Assembly: GCF_002113885.1 (NCBI RefSeq)
Contig: NW_018405987.1
Location: 126,756-190,755 of the forward strand
Direction of reading: 5' to 3'
DNA from: Mizuhopecten yessoensis
Lineage: Eukaryota
Length of the DNA stretch: 64,000 nucleotides
Below, piece by piece: positions 50,425 to 64,000 of the stretch. Every line of letters begins with the position of its first letter. Position 1 is the stretch's first letter. Below the pieces are notes generated by a model that did no database searches, was not told the origin of the DNA, and saw only the letters and a program-made list of their open reading frames with translations. A program made the position numbers and the translations under genes.

Positions 50425-53400
50425 GCTACCATCACTCTATATCTATGTTATCTGTGCCCTTTACCATCACTCTATATATATATGGTATATGGGCCCTTTA
50501 CCATCACCCTAAATCTATGTTATCTGTGCCTTTTACCATCACTCTACATCTATGTTATATGTTCCCTTTACCATTACTCTATATCTATGTTCTATGTGCC
50601 CTTTACCATCTCTCTATATATCTATGTTATATATGTGTTCTTACAAGCTGCATCTACCATCACTCTATACCTATGTTATCTGTGCCCATTACCATCACGC
50701 TATATCTATGTTATGTTCCCTTTACCATTACTCTATATCTATGTTATTTGTGCCCTTTACCATCTCTCTTTATCTATGTTATCTGTGTCCTTTACCATCA
50801 CTCCATATATCTATGGTATATGTGCCCTTTACCATCACTCTATATATCTATGGTATATGGGCCCTTTAACATCACTCTATATCTATGTTATATGTGCCCT
50901 TTACCATCACCCTATATCTATGTTATCTGTGCCCTTTACCATCACTCTATATCTATGTTATATGTTCCCTTTACCATTACTCTATATCTATGTTATATGT
51001 GCCCTTTACCATCACTCTATATCTATATTATATGTGTCCTTTACCATCACTCTATAACTATGTTATATGTGCCCTTTACCATCACTCTATATATCTATGG
51101 TATATGTGCCCTTTAACATCACTCTATATCTATGTTATATGTGCCCTTTACCATCACTCTATATCTATGTTATATGTGCACTTTACAATCACTCTATATC
51201 TATGTTATATGTGCCCTTTACCATCTCTCTATATCTATGATATCTGTGTCCTTTACCATCACTCTATACCTATGTTATCTGTGCCCTTTACCATCACTCT
51301 ATATCTATGTTATATATGCCCTTTACCATCACTCTATATCTATGTTATAAGTGCCCTTTACCATCACTCTATATCTATGTTATATCTGCCCTTTACCATC
51401 ACTCTATATCTATGTTATATGAGCCCTTTACCATCACTCTATATCTATGTTATATGTGTCCTTTACCATCACTCTATATCTATGTTATATGTCCCCTTTA
51501 CAATCACTCTATATCTATGTAATATGTGCCCTTTACCATCACTCTATATCTATGTTGTATGTGCCCTTTACCATCACTCTATATCTATGTCATATGTGCC
51601 CTTTACCATCACTCTATATCTATGTAATATGTGCCCTTTACCATCACTCTATATCTATGCTATATGTGCCCTTTACCATCACTCTATATCTATTTTATAT
51701 GTGCCCTTTACCATCACTCTATATCTAGGTTATCTGTGCCCGTTACTATCACTTTATATCTATGTTATATATGCACTTTACCATCACTCTATATCTATGT
51801 TATATGTGTCCTTTACCATCACTCTATATCTATGTTATATGTTCCCTTTACCATTACTCTATATCTATGTTATATGTGCCCTTTACCATCGCTCTATATC
51901 TATGTTATATGTGCCCTTTCCCATCACTCTATATCTATGTTATATGTGCCCTTTTCCATCTCTCTATATCTATGTTATCTGTGTCCTTTACCATCACTAT
52001 ATACCTATGTTATATGTGCCCTTTACCATCACGCTATATCTATGTTATCTGTGCCCTTTACAATCACTATATATCTATGTTATATGTTCCCTTTACCATC
52101 ACTCTATATCTATGTTATATGTACCCTTTACCATCACTCTATATCTATGTTATATGTACCCTTTACCATCACTCTATATCTATGTTATATGTGTCCTTTA
52201 CCATCACTCTATATCTATGTTATATGTCCCCTTTACAATCACTCTATATCTATGTAATATGTGCCCTTTACCATCACTCTATATCTATGCTATATGTGCC
52301 CTTTACCATCACTCTATATCTATGTTATCTGTGCCCGTTACTATCACTATATATCTATGTTATATATGCCCTTTACCATCACTCTATAACTATGTTATAT
52401 GTGCCCTTTACCATCATTCTTTATCTATGTTATCTGTGTCCTTTACCATCACTCTATACCTTTGTTATATGTGCCCTTTACCATCACTCTATATCTATGT
52501 TATATGTGCCCTTTACCATCACTCTATATCTATGTTATATGTGCCCTTTACCATCACTCTATATCTATGTTATATGTGCCCTTTACCATCACTCTATATC
52601 TATGTTATATGTGCCCTTTACCATCACTCTATATCTATGTTATATGTGCCCTTTACCATCACTCTATATCTATGTTATATGTGCCCTTTACCATCACTCT
52701 ATATCTATGTTATATGTGCCCTTTACCATCACTCTATATCTATGTTATATGTGCCCTTTACCATCACTCTATATCTATGTTATATGTGCCCTTTACCATC
52801 ACTCTATATCTATGTTATATGTGCCCTTTACCATCACTCTATATCTATGTTATATGTGCCCTTTACCATCACTCTATATCTATGTTATATGTGCCCTTTA
52901 CCATCACTCTATATCTATGTTATATGTGCCCTTTACCATCACTCTATATCTATGTTATATGTGCCCTTTACCATCACTCTATATCTATGTTATATGTGCC
53001 CTTTACCATCACTCTATATCTATGTTATATGTGCCCTTTACCATCACTCTATATCTATGTTATATGTGCCCTTTACCATCACTCTATATCTATGTTATAT
53101 GTGCCCTTTACCATCACTCTATATCTATGTTATATGTGCCCTTTACCATCACTCTATATCTATGTTATATGTGCCCTTTACCATCACTCTATATCTATGT
53201 TATATGTGCCCTTTACCATCACTCTATATCTATGTTATATGTGCCCTTTACCATCACTCTATATCTATGTTATATGTGCCCTTTACCATCACTCTATATC
53301 TATGTTATATGTGCCCTTTACCATCACTCTATATCTATGTTATATGTGCCCTTTACCATCACTCTATATCTATGTTATATGTGCCCTTTACCATCACTCT

Positions 53401-54632
53401 ATATCTATGTTATATGTGCCCTTTACCATCACTCTATATCTATGTTATATGTGCCCTTTACCATCACTCTATATCTATGTTATATGTGCCCTTTACCATC
53501 ACTCTATATCTATGTTATATGTGCCCTTTACCATCACTCTATATCTATGTTATCTGTGCCCTTTACCATCACTCTATATCTATGTTATATGTGCCCTTTA
53601 CCATCACTCTATATCTATGTTATATGTGCCCTTTACCATCACTCTATATCTATGTTATATGTGCCCTTTACCATCACTCTATATCTATGTTATATGTGCC
53701 CTTTACCATCACTCTATATCTATGTTATATGTGCCCTTTACCATCACTCTATATCTATGTTATATGTGCCCTTTACCATCACTCTATATCTATGTTATAT
53801 GTGCCCTTTACCATCACTCTATATCTATGTTATATGTGCCCTTTACCATCACTCTATATCTATGTTATATGTGCCCTTTACCATCACTCTATATCTATGT
53901 TATATGTGCCCTTTACCATCACTCTATATCTATGTTATATGTGCCCTTTACCATCACTCTATATCTATGTTATATGTGCCCTTTACCATCACTCTATATC
54001 TATGTTATATGTGCCCTTTACCATCACTCTATATCTATGTTATATGTGCCCTTTACCATCACTCTATATCTATGTTATCTGTGCCCTTTACCATCACTCT
54101 ATATCTATGTTATATGTGCCCTTTACCATCACTCTATATCTATGTTATATGTGCCCTTTACCATCACTCTATATCTATGTTATATGTGCCCTTTACCATC
54201 ACTCTATATCTATGTTATATGTGCCCTTTACCATCACTCTATATCTATGTTATATGTGCCCTTTACCATCACTCTATATCTATGTTATATGTGCCCTTTA
54301 CCATCACTCTATATCTATGTTATATGTGCCCTTTACCATCACTCTATATCTATGTTATATGTGCCCTTTACCATCACTCTATATCTATGTTATATGTGCC
54401 CTTTACCATCACTCTATATCTATGTTATATGTGCCCTTTACCATCACTCTATATCTATGTTATATGTGCCCTTTACCATCACTCTATATCTATGTTATAT
54501 GTGCCCTTTACCATCACTCTATATCTATGTTATATGTGCCCTTTACCATCACTCTATATCTATGTTATATGTGCCCTTTACCATCACTCTATATCTATGT
54601 TATATGTGCCCTTTACCATCACTCTATATCTT
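50425..54632. repeat. 35-bp satellite, about 120 copies
   Basis: CTTTACCATCACTCTATATCTATGTTATATGTGCC; diverged at 50425-52470 and near-perfect at 52470-54632. The consensus has no + strand stop in any frame, hence the 1268, 995 and 749-aa ORFs. Confidence 0.98.
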
Positions 54633-57600
54633 TCTACATGTTTTGTAGCATCAGTGCCGATTTTGTACAAAGTATCAATGGGTTTTTCTGATGCAAATAA
54701 GCTTAAATTTCATTGCCATGACTGTAATCTGTATCTTGGTGACGAATGACTTAATGTTCTATAATGCTGACACGATTTCTATTGTTTTAATGTAGTGTCC
54801 AGTAAGCGGACCATTCTAAACAAATCACGATCAATAAAGTCTTGCGGTAAAAACTACCAGTGTAGATAAAGTGCCGAATTATCAGAGCGGCCTGTTACTT
54901 TCCAAGAAAGCCTGAATACGATATACAGAATAAAATACAATTTACACAATAGACGCTTCCCTGGCTTCTAGGGGAATGCAGTGTAGATTGGTAAACGTCA
55001 TGTCGAAGCTACCACACTACCCTTGACATCATGCCATACCAATGATACAGTTCCACAGCTTAGGTGAAACAGTTGATGATATTCACTAAAGTAAATACAC
55101 GTATGTTCATCGGTACAAGTTAGCCAAAAAAAGGAAAAAATATAAATTTTGGATTAAATATAAAAAAAATAGTGAACCCCCACTAAATTGTATTGAGCCA
55201 AATTTTGCAAACCACTGCTTGGATAGACACTATTCCTTATACCATGATTCTGAGTTTATTTAGGGAATCTACGAAATAGTCTAATGTAAACAAGTTGTTA
55301 GAGGTGGATAGGTGCGTTATAATATACATGTTCTATATGAGATGATTTACGGCCGATAACAGCCAGTGAGGTCTCCCTGTCGTACCTGCTGATCCAGGGA
55401 CGTGTTGGCCACCACGGTATTTACGCAGTTACAAGGCCTGGAAATATAGTACCAAGTATCTGATAGTACGTCTGTTTAACCAGTCGTAACAAGCATATTA
55501 TTTTTATGACATTTGTCAAATTACTCAAGGACATCTTTAAGCGATGGAAATGGTATTTTTTCTGGTCATACCCTATAAATATAACTGTGTGCTCTTTGTG
55601 GAAAATAAATCCGCGAAATAATTTATGGCAAACAGTGCACACAATTTGATACGGATTTATTACCAAATTGTTGATGGTGGCTAAATTTTGACAATATGTG
55701 TTAATATCCTGATCTTTGATCATAACCAACTTATGACTGACAAGTCGTTATCGTTTTTGACCGTATATGGAGATCGGCACAATGTCAGTGATTCGGTTTG
55801 CAGCAATATGCCGCGTATTACGCTGCCGCACTCTTTTCTGGTTGACCAATGAGATTCGTCGTTACATCACAAGTTGGCTGAATCTTAATGATATACGTAA
55901 TAGTTAACGGCCGAGCTATAGGTGTGCATGGTGTCTGACGACTTGCGCACGTGCCAGTCGTGGCCCTCATGATCAGAGTGTGGTGCACTCGAGGATAATC
56001 TGAGGAAAAAGTAGTAAAGACTTTAAAAAAACAAGTTAGTCGAAATAAATACCAATACGAGCCCCTTTAAGCACTGACCTTGTTTAGTGTTCATGTGTTT
56101 TGTCATGTGTTTTTGATAATTATACATAGAAGATTTTCATGAACAACATACACGTGCTGGTCAGTACAGTTACTTGTACAACCACAATGTGAGAGTATTC
56201 TCGTCTGACTTAGTTGTTCATACTGCTTTAAATTGTGGTTGTTGGTTACGAACCTGCAAGGGAAAAAGGAAGTTTAATGTTTGTCAAAAGCTTATCAACA
56301 ATGTTTCTGAAGGGAACGTAATAAAATAGACATAGGATGGCCCTCACCTTGCGGAATCTCGGTATTGGCTCGGCGTTCACTACCAAGGCTCCACGCTGAA
56401 TTTGTCATTTAAAGTTGGCTGGCCAGTTTTGATTATGAGTACCAACTGAAAGCAGTTCAGTATTCATGTGTACCATTAACAAAATGTTGGTGTTATGAAA
56501 AAATTATGATTAGTAAACAAAATTCAGCATTATCTGAAGTAATAGTATGTGTCGTACGTTGCTAATTAATAGAAAACCCATCTTCAAGGAGGTTAGTGGT
56601 ACTCAACGCTATTATAATTTATATATGTATGAATCAGGTGAATTCGTATCGTTCAACCTTTTAATTATAATTATCTGTCGTTTTGAAGTACAGTCACAAG
56701 TAAAATAAAACTAAAACGCTGAGATGTGACACCATTTGAACATTTATTTAATATTGATTTTATCAATTTAAGAGCATTCTTACAAGGGAAATCTATCATA
56801 TGCCCATACTGATATTTTATATTAGATATGAAACAGCTCTAAAAATATGTTCCATTCAAAGAAAACGATAAAATGTTCATAGCGAATTAAATCCTCGTTG
56901 CTTCAACTATCTGTTGTCGCCTTTAGTTGTAGAAAATAAACGTTGCGTCATACCTAACAACAATGACTACATGTCACATACGAACAAAAAAATCCCCTTG
57001 TTTTATTGAGGAAGGATAAATACAAATCACCGACACAGGTCAATGGGTGAGCGGTACGATTGAGCTATATTTAGGAAATTATATTTGGAAGCTTACTTTT
57101 TTTCATCTCGAGTAAAAAATAGGATTGGACAGCAGGCTAGGCCTATATAAGTTCTCTCCTTACTTTTATGAAGGAAAACGCAAATAACGAAATTTCTTTT
57201 GAGGAACTCTTGCAGTGAAAATGTAAATATAGTATTATGACTATCATTCCAACTCGGTAGTATTTATATCGTACTTGAAAAAATATTCTATTATGTAAAC
57301 AACATAACGAATTAAAGATTTTATTTATTATGTATATTTAGGAATGAACAATTACATACATTTGTAGCCCTTTAAATAATGCATTAATAATTGAATATTC
57401 TTCAACTGCACGAGGAAAAACTGTACATACCATGTTACTTAGTAGGTTAACATTATAAATATTAATTTACCCTTTTAGATGAGCAATAGGTATACAATTT
57501 CGTCCATAAATTGTCATCACCAACACATACGTTACAGTACATAGAGAACACAATCCGCCTTCCCTTCTTGTACCTGCAAACCTCCCTGTGTTGGCCGGCA

Positions 57601-59464
57601 GGGAGGCAGGTTTGGGTTTTTCAATTACAACATTGTGGTTCTATTACTCACAGAATGATCGTTTCACCATTTTTAAGTAAATTCATCATGTAGAAAGAGG
57701 GTAAAATAATGTATAAAACGAATTCGTCCGCAAATTAACAGTGACGTCAAGGTTCCCCAAACTCCTTTTGAGTGCTACATTTCTTATTTTCGATAAAATG
57801 CATGTACCTTCTCATTCGCATGTTCCGTGAGACGATTTCTTGTGATTAAAAAATCTCAAGAACAACTAAATATTGCCTCAATATGTTTTCCTTTCTTAAA
57901 ACTCAGTTATTGTCTTTGTTTAAGTGTTGACTTTTATTAGGTTAGTTTCCGTTCTTTGCAGTTCCCTTCAAAGGCATTCAGCATCTGTCCGAGCCTTCTC
58001 CGGATTGACCATATACGCTGAGCCGTTTTTCTGTTGATAAATATTAAATTGGAAATGCCTGCAATATCAAGATATTATGAGCCGTAAAGAAATAACGTCT
58101 ACACATATCCAGTTCCAGGTTTATGGTCTATGTGTCTGTCGATTTCTTCAATATCTGACTCTAATTCGGCGTTGAATATTTTTGTACATTTTCTCGGCAT
58201 CACGATACGATCACATTACGGGTGGGCCAATGCCTATTGGTATTATTGTGTTTTTTCTTCTTTTTGTTTTTTTCGTAACACCAAAATTCCAATATCTCCG
58301 GGGGGAGTTTTGGTTGACTTGAAAAATATCATTAGCTAAATTAACAATGAATTCCTCTGCTGCTACGTATTTCATCGATAGACGCATTCATTATTCTATA
58401 TAATTTAATATTCATATCAAGTTTACTTTTCCAATAACGTTTTGTATAATTCTTAGTAGAATCCCCCCCTCGCTGTTACATCTTTATATAATTTATAATT
58501 TGTACTTGAAAGGGACCGGGACAACCGTCCCAATAATACGTATATCAAAAACAAATTACAATCAACATAAGAATACACGTTATGACACAATCAAGAATAT
58601 TTGTTTACACACAATACATCACCCGATGTCGACATGTTCGTGGAGCACCTTCTTATTATCAAGAGCTGTGATCAAGTGACCACGAGGCGTGACCTACTTC
58701 ATGGAGCAGGACTGAGCTACATTTTACCGCTTACCAACATAACATGCACATTGATCGTTTATCATCGGTAATAGTTCTTCAGCTCACATTAAAGTGCGTC
58801 ACAAGGAAGTTTATACCCATGTACACTATCGTTAATCTCGTTAGCTCGTCAATATTGGCCGATATATATATATGTTGCCCGAGACACCTACATATATATT
58901 AACTTTCTTATGGCTCTGGATTCGCTACTAATTGGTATCACAAAGCCGTGTCTGACACCCAATGTTTACACAATAATTTGTTGTATTAAACTAACATAAA
59001 TGTATGGAGTTATAAAATGTCAAAAAAAAAATCATTGAAATTTTGTTGTTGAAATACTGAATAGGTTACGGTAACTTAACGGTTTCTTAATGGTTAGTAG
59101 TATTATAATTAATCATTGCAAGGCGATCATGTTCTGTATTCGTTTACATGAAATATCAAACAAATCTAATAAGTGTCGATTCATTTATTTTAAAAACACA
59201 TTCAATTTAGTAGGTGTCACCGAACATGGATGCATTAAAATTGATAGCTGTAAACTGTCAGTATTCGGTGCCCTGAATAAATCCAACTTTTAAATGAATA
59301 ATTTCATAGTATAATTAAATGAATACTTTCATAGTATAAAAAATGGATTAATTTCATAGAATGATACATAAATAATGTCATAGTATATTGTTTGCTTAAA
59401 TCTGCGTCGGACATCCTGCCTTAAGAATCATCTGTCATATGGAGTAAAGCGTTGTTGATTTAGT

Positions 59465-60885
59465 ACATCTAAGGAGTTGTACTTACTATAACAACATCTA
59501 AGGAGCTGTACTTACTATAACAACATCTAAGGAGTTGTACTTACTATAACAACATATAAGGGGTTGTACCTACTATAACAACATCTAAGGAGTTGTACTT
59601 ACTATAACAACATCTAAGGAGTTGTACTTACTATAAAAACATCTAAGGAGTTGTACTTACTATAAAAACATCTAAGGAGTGGTACTTACTATAACAACAT
59701 CTCAGGAGTTGTCCTTAGTATAACAACATCTAAGGAGTGGTACTTACTATAACAACATCTAAGGAGTTGTACTTACTATAACAACATCTAAGGAGTTGTA
59801 CTTACTATAACAACATCTAAGGAGTTGTACTTACTATAACAACATCTAAGGAGTTGTACTTACTATAACAACATCTAAGGAGTTGTACTTACTATAACAA
59901 CATCTAAGGAGTTGTACTTACTATAACAACATCTAAGGAGTTGTACTTACTATAACAACATCTAAGGAGTTGTACTTACTATAACAACATCTAAGGAGTT
60001 GTACTTACTATAACAACATCTAAGGAGTTGTACTTACTATAACAACATCTAAGGAGTTGTACTTACTATAACAACATCTAAGGAGTTGTACTTACTATAA
60101 CAACATCTAAGGAGTTGTACTTACTATAACAACATCTAAGGAGTTGTACTTACTATAACAACATCTAAGGAGTTGTACTTACTATAACAACATCTAAGGA
60201 GTTGTACTTACTATAACAACATCTAAGGAGTTGTACTTACTATAACAACATCTAAGGAGTTGTACTTACTATAACAACATCTAAGGAGTTGTACTTACTA
60301 TAACAACATCTAAGGAGTTGTACTTACTATAACAACATCTAAGGAGTTGTACTTACTATAACAACATCTAAGGAGTTGTACTTACTATAACAACATCTAA
60401 GGAGTTGTACTTACTATAACAACATCTAAGGAGTTGTACTTACTATAACAACATCTAAGGAGTTGTACTTACTATAACAACATCTAAGGAGTTGTACTTA
60501 CTATAACAACATCTAAGGAGTTGTACTTACTATAACAACATCTAAGGAGTTGTACTTACTATAACAACATCTAAGGAGTTGTACTTACTATAACAACATC
60601 TAAGGAGTTGTACTTACTATAACAACATCTAAGGAGTTGTACTTACTATAACAACATCTAAGGAGTTGTACTTACTATAACAACATCTAAGGAGTTGTAC
60701 TTACTATAACAACATCTAAGGAGTTGTACTTACTATAACAACATCTAAGGAGTTGTACCTACTATAACAACATCTAAGGAGTTGTACCTACTATAACAAC
60801 ATCTCAGGAGTTGTACCTACTATAACAACATCTAAGGAGTTGTACTTACTATAACAACATCTACGGAGTTGTACTGACTATAACA
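59465..60885. repeat. 29-bp satellite, about 49 copies
   Basis: ACATCTAAGGAGTTGTACTTACTATAACA; homogeneous centre with variants at both ends. Confidence 0.98.
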
Positions 60886-61968
60886 TATCAACATTGCAAC
60901 TCATTGTAATAATAGCCACACTTTGTTATATAAACGTCACAAACTCTACTGGTGATCATTTAAATCGTTCACTTTCCATCACGAACATTTGAGATTAATG
61001 ATTTAATTGACTTAATGTTTGTCACAGGTTTAATATGTTTTTTTTACTTGAATTTTCACATCAAACGCCATATAAACCAAGTTATAAGCACAGTCAAAGT
61101 GTCCCGATGGACTACAATGATTCAGCAATATTTATATATGGTGTAGTAATTAATCTGAACAGAAAACACGGTAATAACATCATGATATTGGGGTTACATG
61201 ACAGTTGGTATAGTCCTAGTGACATCTGTACGTAGACTTATATCATTACACTATGTAATCAAAGAGGATAATCAAATGTTTATATCAAAAAGGTAATTGT
61301 GTACTGGCTGAGTTTCAAGGGGACGCTCACAGCAGGTAGATAGATAAGGTATTGTTAAGCTCGTCCCAAAACTACAAACACCTTGACAGATGTTCGTGCC
61401 GGCTTTTGTTTCAGTGTCAAAATCTCCAATCTAAATTCGTGTATCCCTGTCAAGGCCATGCCATTTCTAGCAATCTCGTAGATCAATGTCCACACAGGTA
61501 TCGATAACGGTATCTATACTGGTACATGTGTTATCACATGTTAAGCATCTCCTCTTACCTTTGATCCCCCTATAAAATCATATCGCATTTTTTATTATTT
61601 ATTATCACTTTGTTAAATTTTAGGTTCATTTAACATCCAATATATAAGAAACATGTTGGTTATAATGCTTATTTTTAACCTATTTTTGGCTAAGTAGATA
61701 ATGCTTAATAAAGGTAAAGTCCTTCAGAAAGAAATGAATTTTATTGATTTTCTTTGATTATCATCGGCCGATTATACTAGACTCCCATTAAATTTTCATC
61801 TATTTATGTTTCAACCTCAAACTGCACTCAGTGACGCGTTCAAACATCACTCAGCTCGCACGTATGTCATTACAGAAAAGCATCCTAGGAAATTAAGTAT
61901 CATTACAAACGGGGGAGATATCAAAACGAGCTAGAAGAATCATTACAAAAGTAGGTCAGTATATCTGG

Positions 61969-62350
61969 TTCAACAGGTATATTGTTTGCTGTTGTAATAA
62001 TTCAACAGATATATTGTTTGTTGTTGTAATAATTCAACAGATATATTGTTTGTTGTTGTAATAATTCAACAGGTACATTATTTGTTGTTGTAATAATTCA
62101 ACAGGTATATTGTTTGTTGTTGTAATAATTCAACAGGTTTATTGTTTGCTGTTGTAGTGATTCAACAGGTATCTTGTTTGTTGTTGTAATAATTCAACAG
62201 GTATATTGTTTGTTGTTGTAATAATTTAACAGGTTAATTGTTTGTTGTTGTAATAATTCAACAGGTATATCGTTCTAAATATCCAACAATACAACAGGTA
62301 CATCGTTTGTTATTGTTATAAGGCAACAGGTACATCGTTTGTTATTGTAA
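61969..62350. repeat. 32-bp minisatellite, about 10 copies
   Basis: CAACAGGTATATTGTTTGTTGTTGTAATAATT. Confidence 0.93.
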
Positions 62351-62551
62351 ATGATGATTTAAGCACTTGAATTACCCTATTAAAATTAACAACAACCCCC
62401 GGAAATGTATAAGTATACAATGTGTTCACACTTCGAGCAGCAAACAAAATCCCCCGTTTTTTACAGTATGTATTTGTGCACGTTTTTCCCATGTGAAATA
62501 TCAAAACACTATCAGAAACGGGATAGTTTGCGATTGGTGAACTGACTCGAG

Positions 62552-62620
62552 TGTACCGGAAGTTTATGAGATTGTTATGTACCGGAAGTTTATGGGCTTG
62601 TAATGCACCGAAAGTTTATA
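62552..62620. repeat. Short tandem repeat, about 26 bp, 3 copies
   Basis: TGTACCGGAAGTTTATG-based units. Confidence 0.7.
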
Positions 62621-64000
62621 AACCCGAACTGAACTTCTTTATCCGTTTGTTCACCTTTGCTTTATTCCGTTATTTATTTTAATATGTATTTACGAACATG
62701 AAGACAACGTATCTGATGTATTCAACTTGTCTCGTTTCTTCAAGAACATATCAATAAAATATCATTAGAAAATGTGATGTTGTCACTCATTACAAATATA
62801 TTCCTGGTAATTTCAAGGAACCAGTGATCATCCCGAGATTGTACAATCCGGCTGGCATCATCATCTTGATTCTCGGTGTCAACCTCTACTGACTCCCGGC
62901 CTCAACCTCTTAATCCCTGTCCACAACTCTCAAGACTCCCATCCTCCATCTTTTGATGTCGATCTCAGACTTCCGGCTATTACTTCCATTCTTGATTTCT
63001 AAACTCATGGCCTAAACTCCATAACTAGCATATCAACTTTCGTGGTCTGTCACTACTTTCATGGGATCAACTGCCCAACTCTAAACGCCAATATCTGAGC
63101 GTTTGAGTTAAAAAGCTATTTACTGCGGGATTAACTTCCGGACTATGGGGTCAGTCTCTAAACTTCGGGTTACTTCTAGACTTTGGGATTACTAAGGGTC
63201 AGTCAGCCGTACTACAGACTCTTTCAGATCTCCTGTGATAAATCTTTATAATGTCATCCAGAGACGTATAATACAGAGATGTTATATACGTCTCTGTGTC
63301 ATCGAAGTAAGTTTATACAGCCATACCCGTGGTCAATCATGGCTTCAATTGTATACCTATAAATTAACAGCCAGTCATCAGGTTCACAGACTAGTTAACC
63401 TGTATTCAATAATCACAGTACTGTATTTGACAGGTATTCTGGGAGACGTTTCAAGTTTCCTCATTTCTAAATTTGTAGTCAATTAACAGCCTGGTGAGGA
63501 CAGGTTGCGTTAAGGTAGATGACTAACCAGAGGTCGTACCTGTGACCTGGTGTAATGTACTGGTCAGTGTGAAGTAGTGGACACGCCCTTTCTACAGTAG
63601 GAAGTGAATCATCAACAGTCATATGACTGATACATCAAACCACAAGCCTGCAGACTAAACAACGAACCTGAACAAGGAAGAATATCTTAATTCCTATTAT
63701 CAAATACATGTATAGTGTGTATGTAAGAAGTGTATTTAAATAAGGAAATCCCAATTACCGGTATTTGTTATAATCATAAAGCATGGCAATTACGAATCCG
63801 AAATATAGAGCTTTCAAAAGGACAACGCATCTATATAGTTGTATAAGGTTATTAGAAATCCATGCCGTATACACTTTACAATACAATTTTGGATTCGTTT
63901 AAACTTTAAAGTTTATCCCCGTAACATATACCAGAAATGCATAATAATATAGATTTAGATATTCAAATTGAAATTCTTGTTACCTTCATACTATTTGAAA

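Noticed and set aside
50292-54749. ORFs of 1268, 995 and 749 aa
   Set aside because: They are translations of a 35-bp satellite lacking + strand stops. All three frames give the same 35-aa cycle, and variants introduce stops and frameshifts freely.
59465-60885. 29-bp repeats of CRISPR-like length (also the 32, 35 and 37-bp arrays)
   Set aside because: The units are head-to-tail with no unique spacers, no cas genes are present, and the context is eukaryotic.
62860-63235. Loosely periodic C/T-rich region (TCAAC…GACT…CCGG)
   Set aside because: Probably an ancient decayed minisatellite; the unit could not be defined and there is no ORF support.

Overview
AT-rich eukaryotic (metazoan) genomic DNA. 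The repeat content (Nin-domain SINE-like fragments, a Helentron/HINE-like remnant with ~160-bp internal units, frequent TACATGTA) suggests a bivalve mollusc, possibly a scallop; this is inference. One protein-coding gene is well supported: an ATF3-like bZIP transcription factor on the + strand, with 3 coding exons (9598-9849, 16051-16158, 16456-16710; 204 aa; both introns phase 0 at ATF3-like positions). Its first coding intron holds a 5'-truncated non-LTR retrotransposon with a clear target-site duplication and a CpG-rich insertion. About 25 mini/microsatellite arrays cover roughly a quarter of the window and explain all the long ORFs in the ORF track. The most interesting leads cluster on the ATF3-like locus: (1) a possible three-exon 104-aa upstream ORF plus short uORFs ahead of the bZIP start; (2) competing GC-rich stems at a candidate splice acceptor; (3) strong local enrichment of CACGTG E-boxes; (4) a Cys-to-Phe change in the DNA-binding basic region; (5) tandem Fbw7-degron-like repeats in the C-terminus. 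Separately, three satellite arrays appear to have grown out of SINE copies. All counts were made by eye and no database searches were run.
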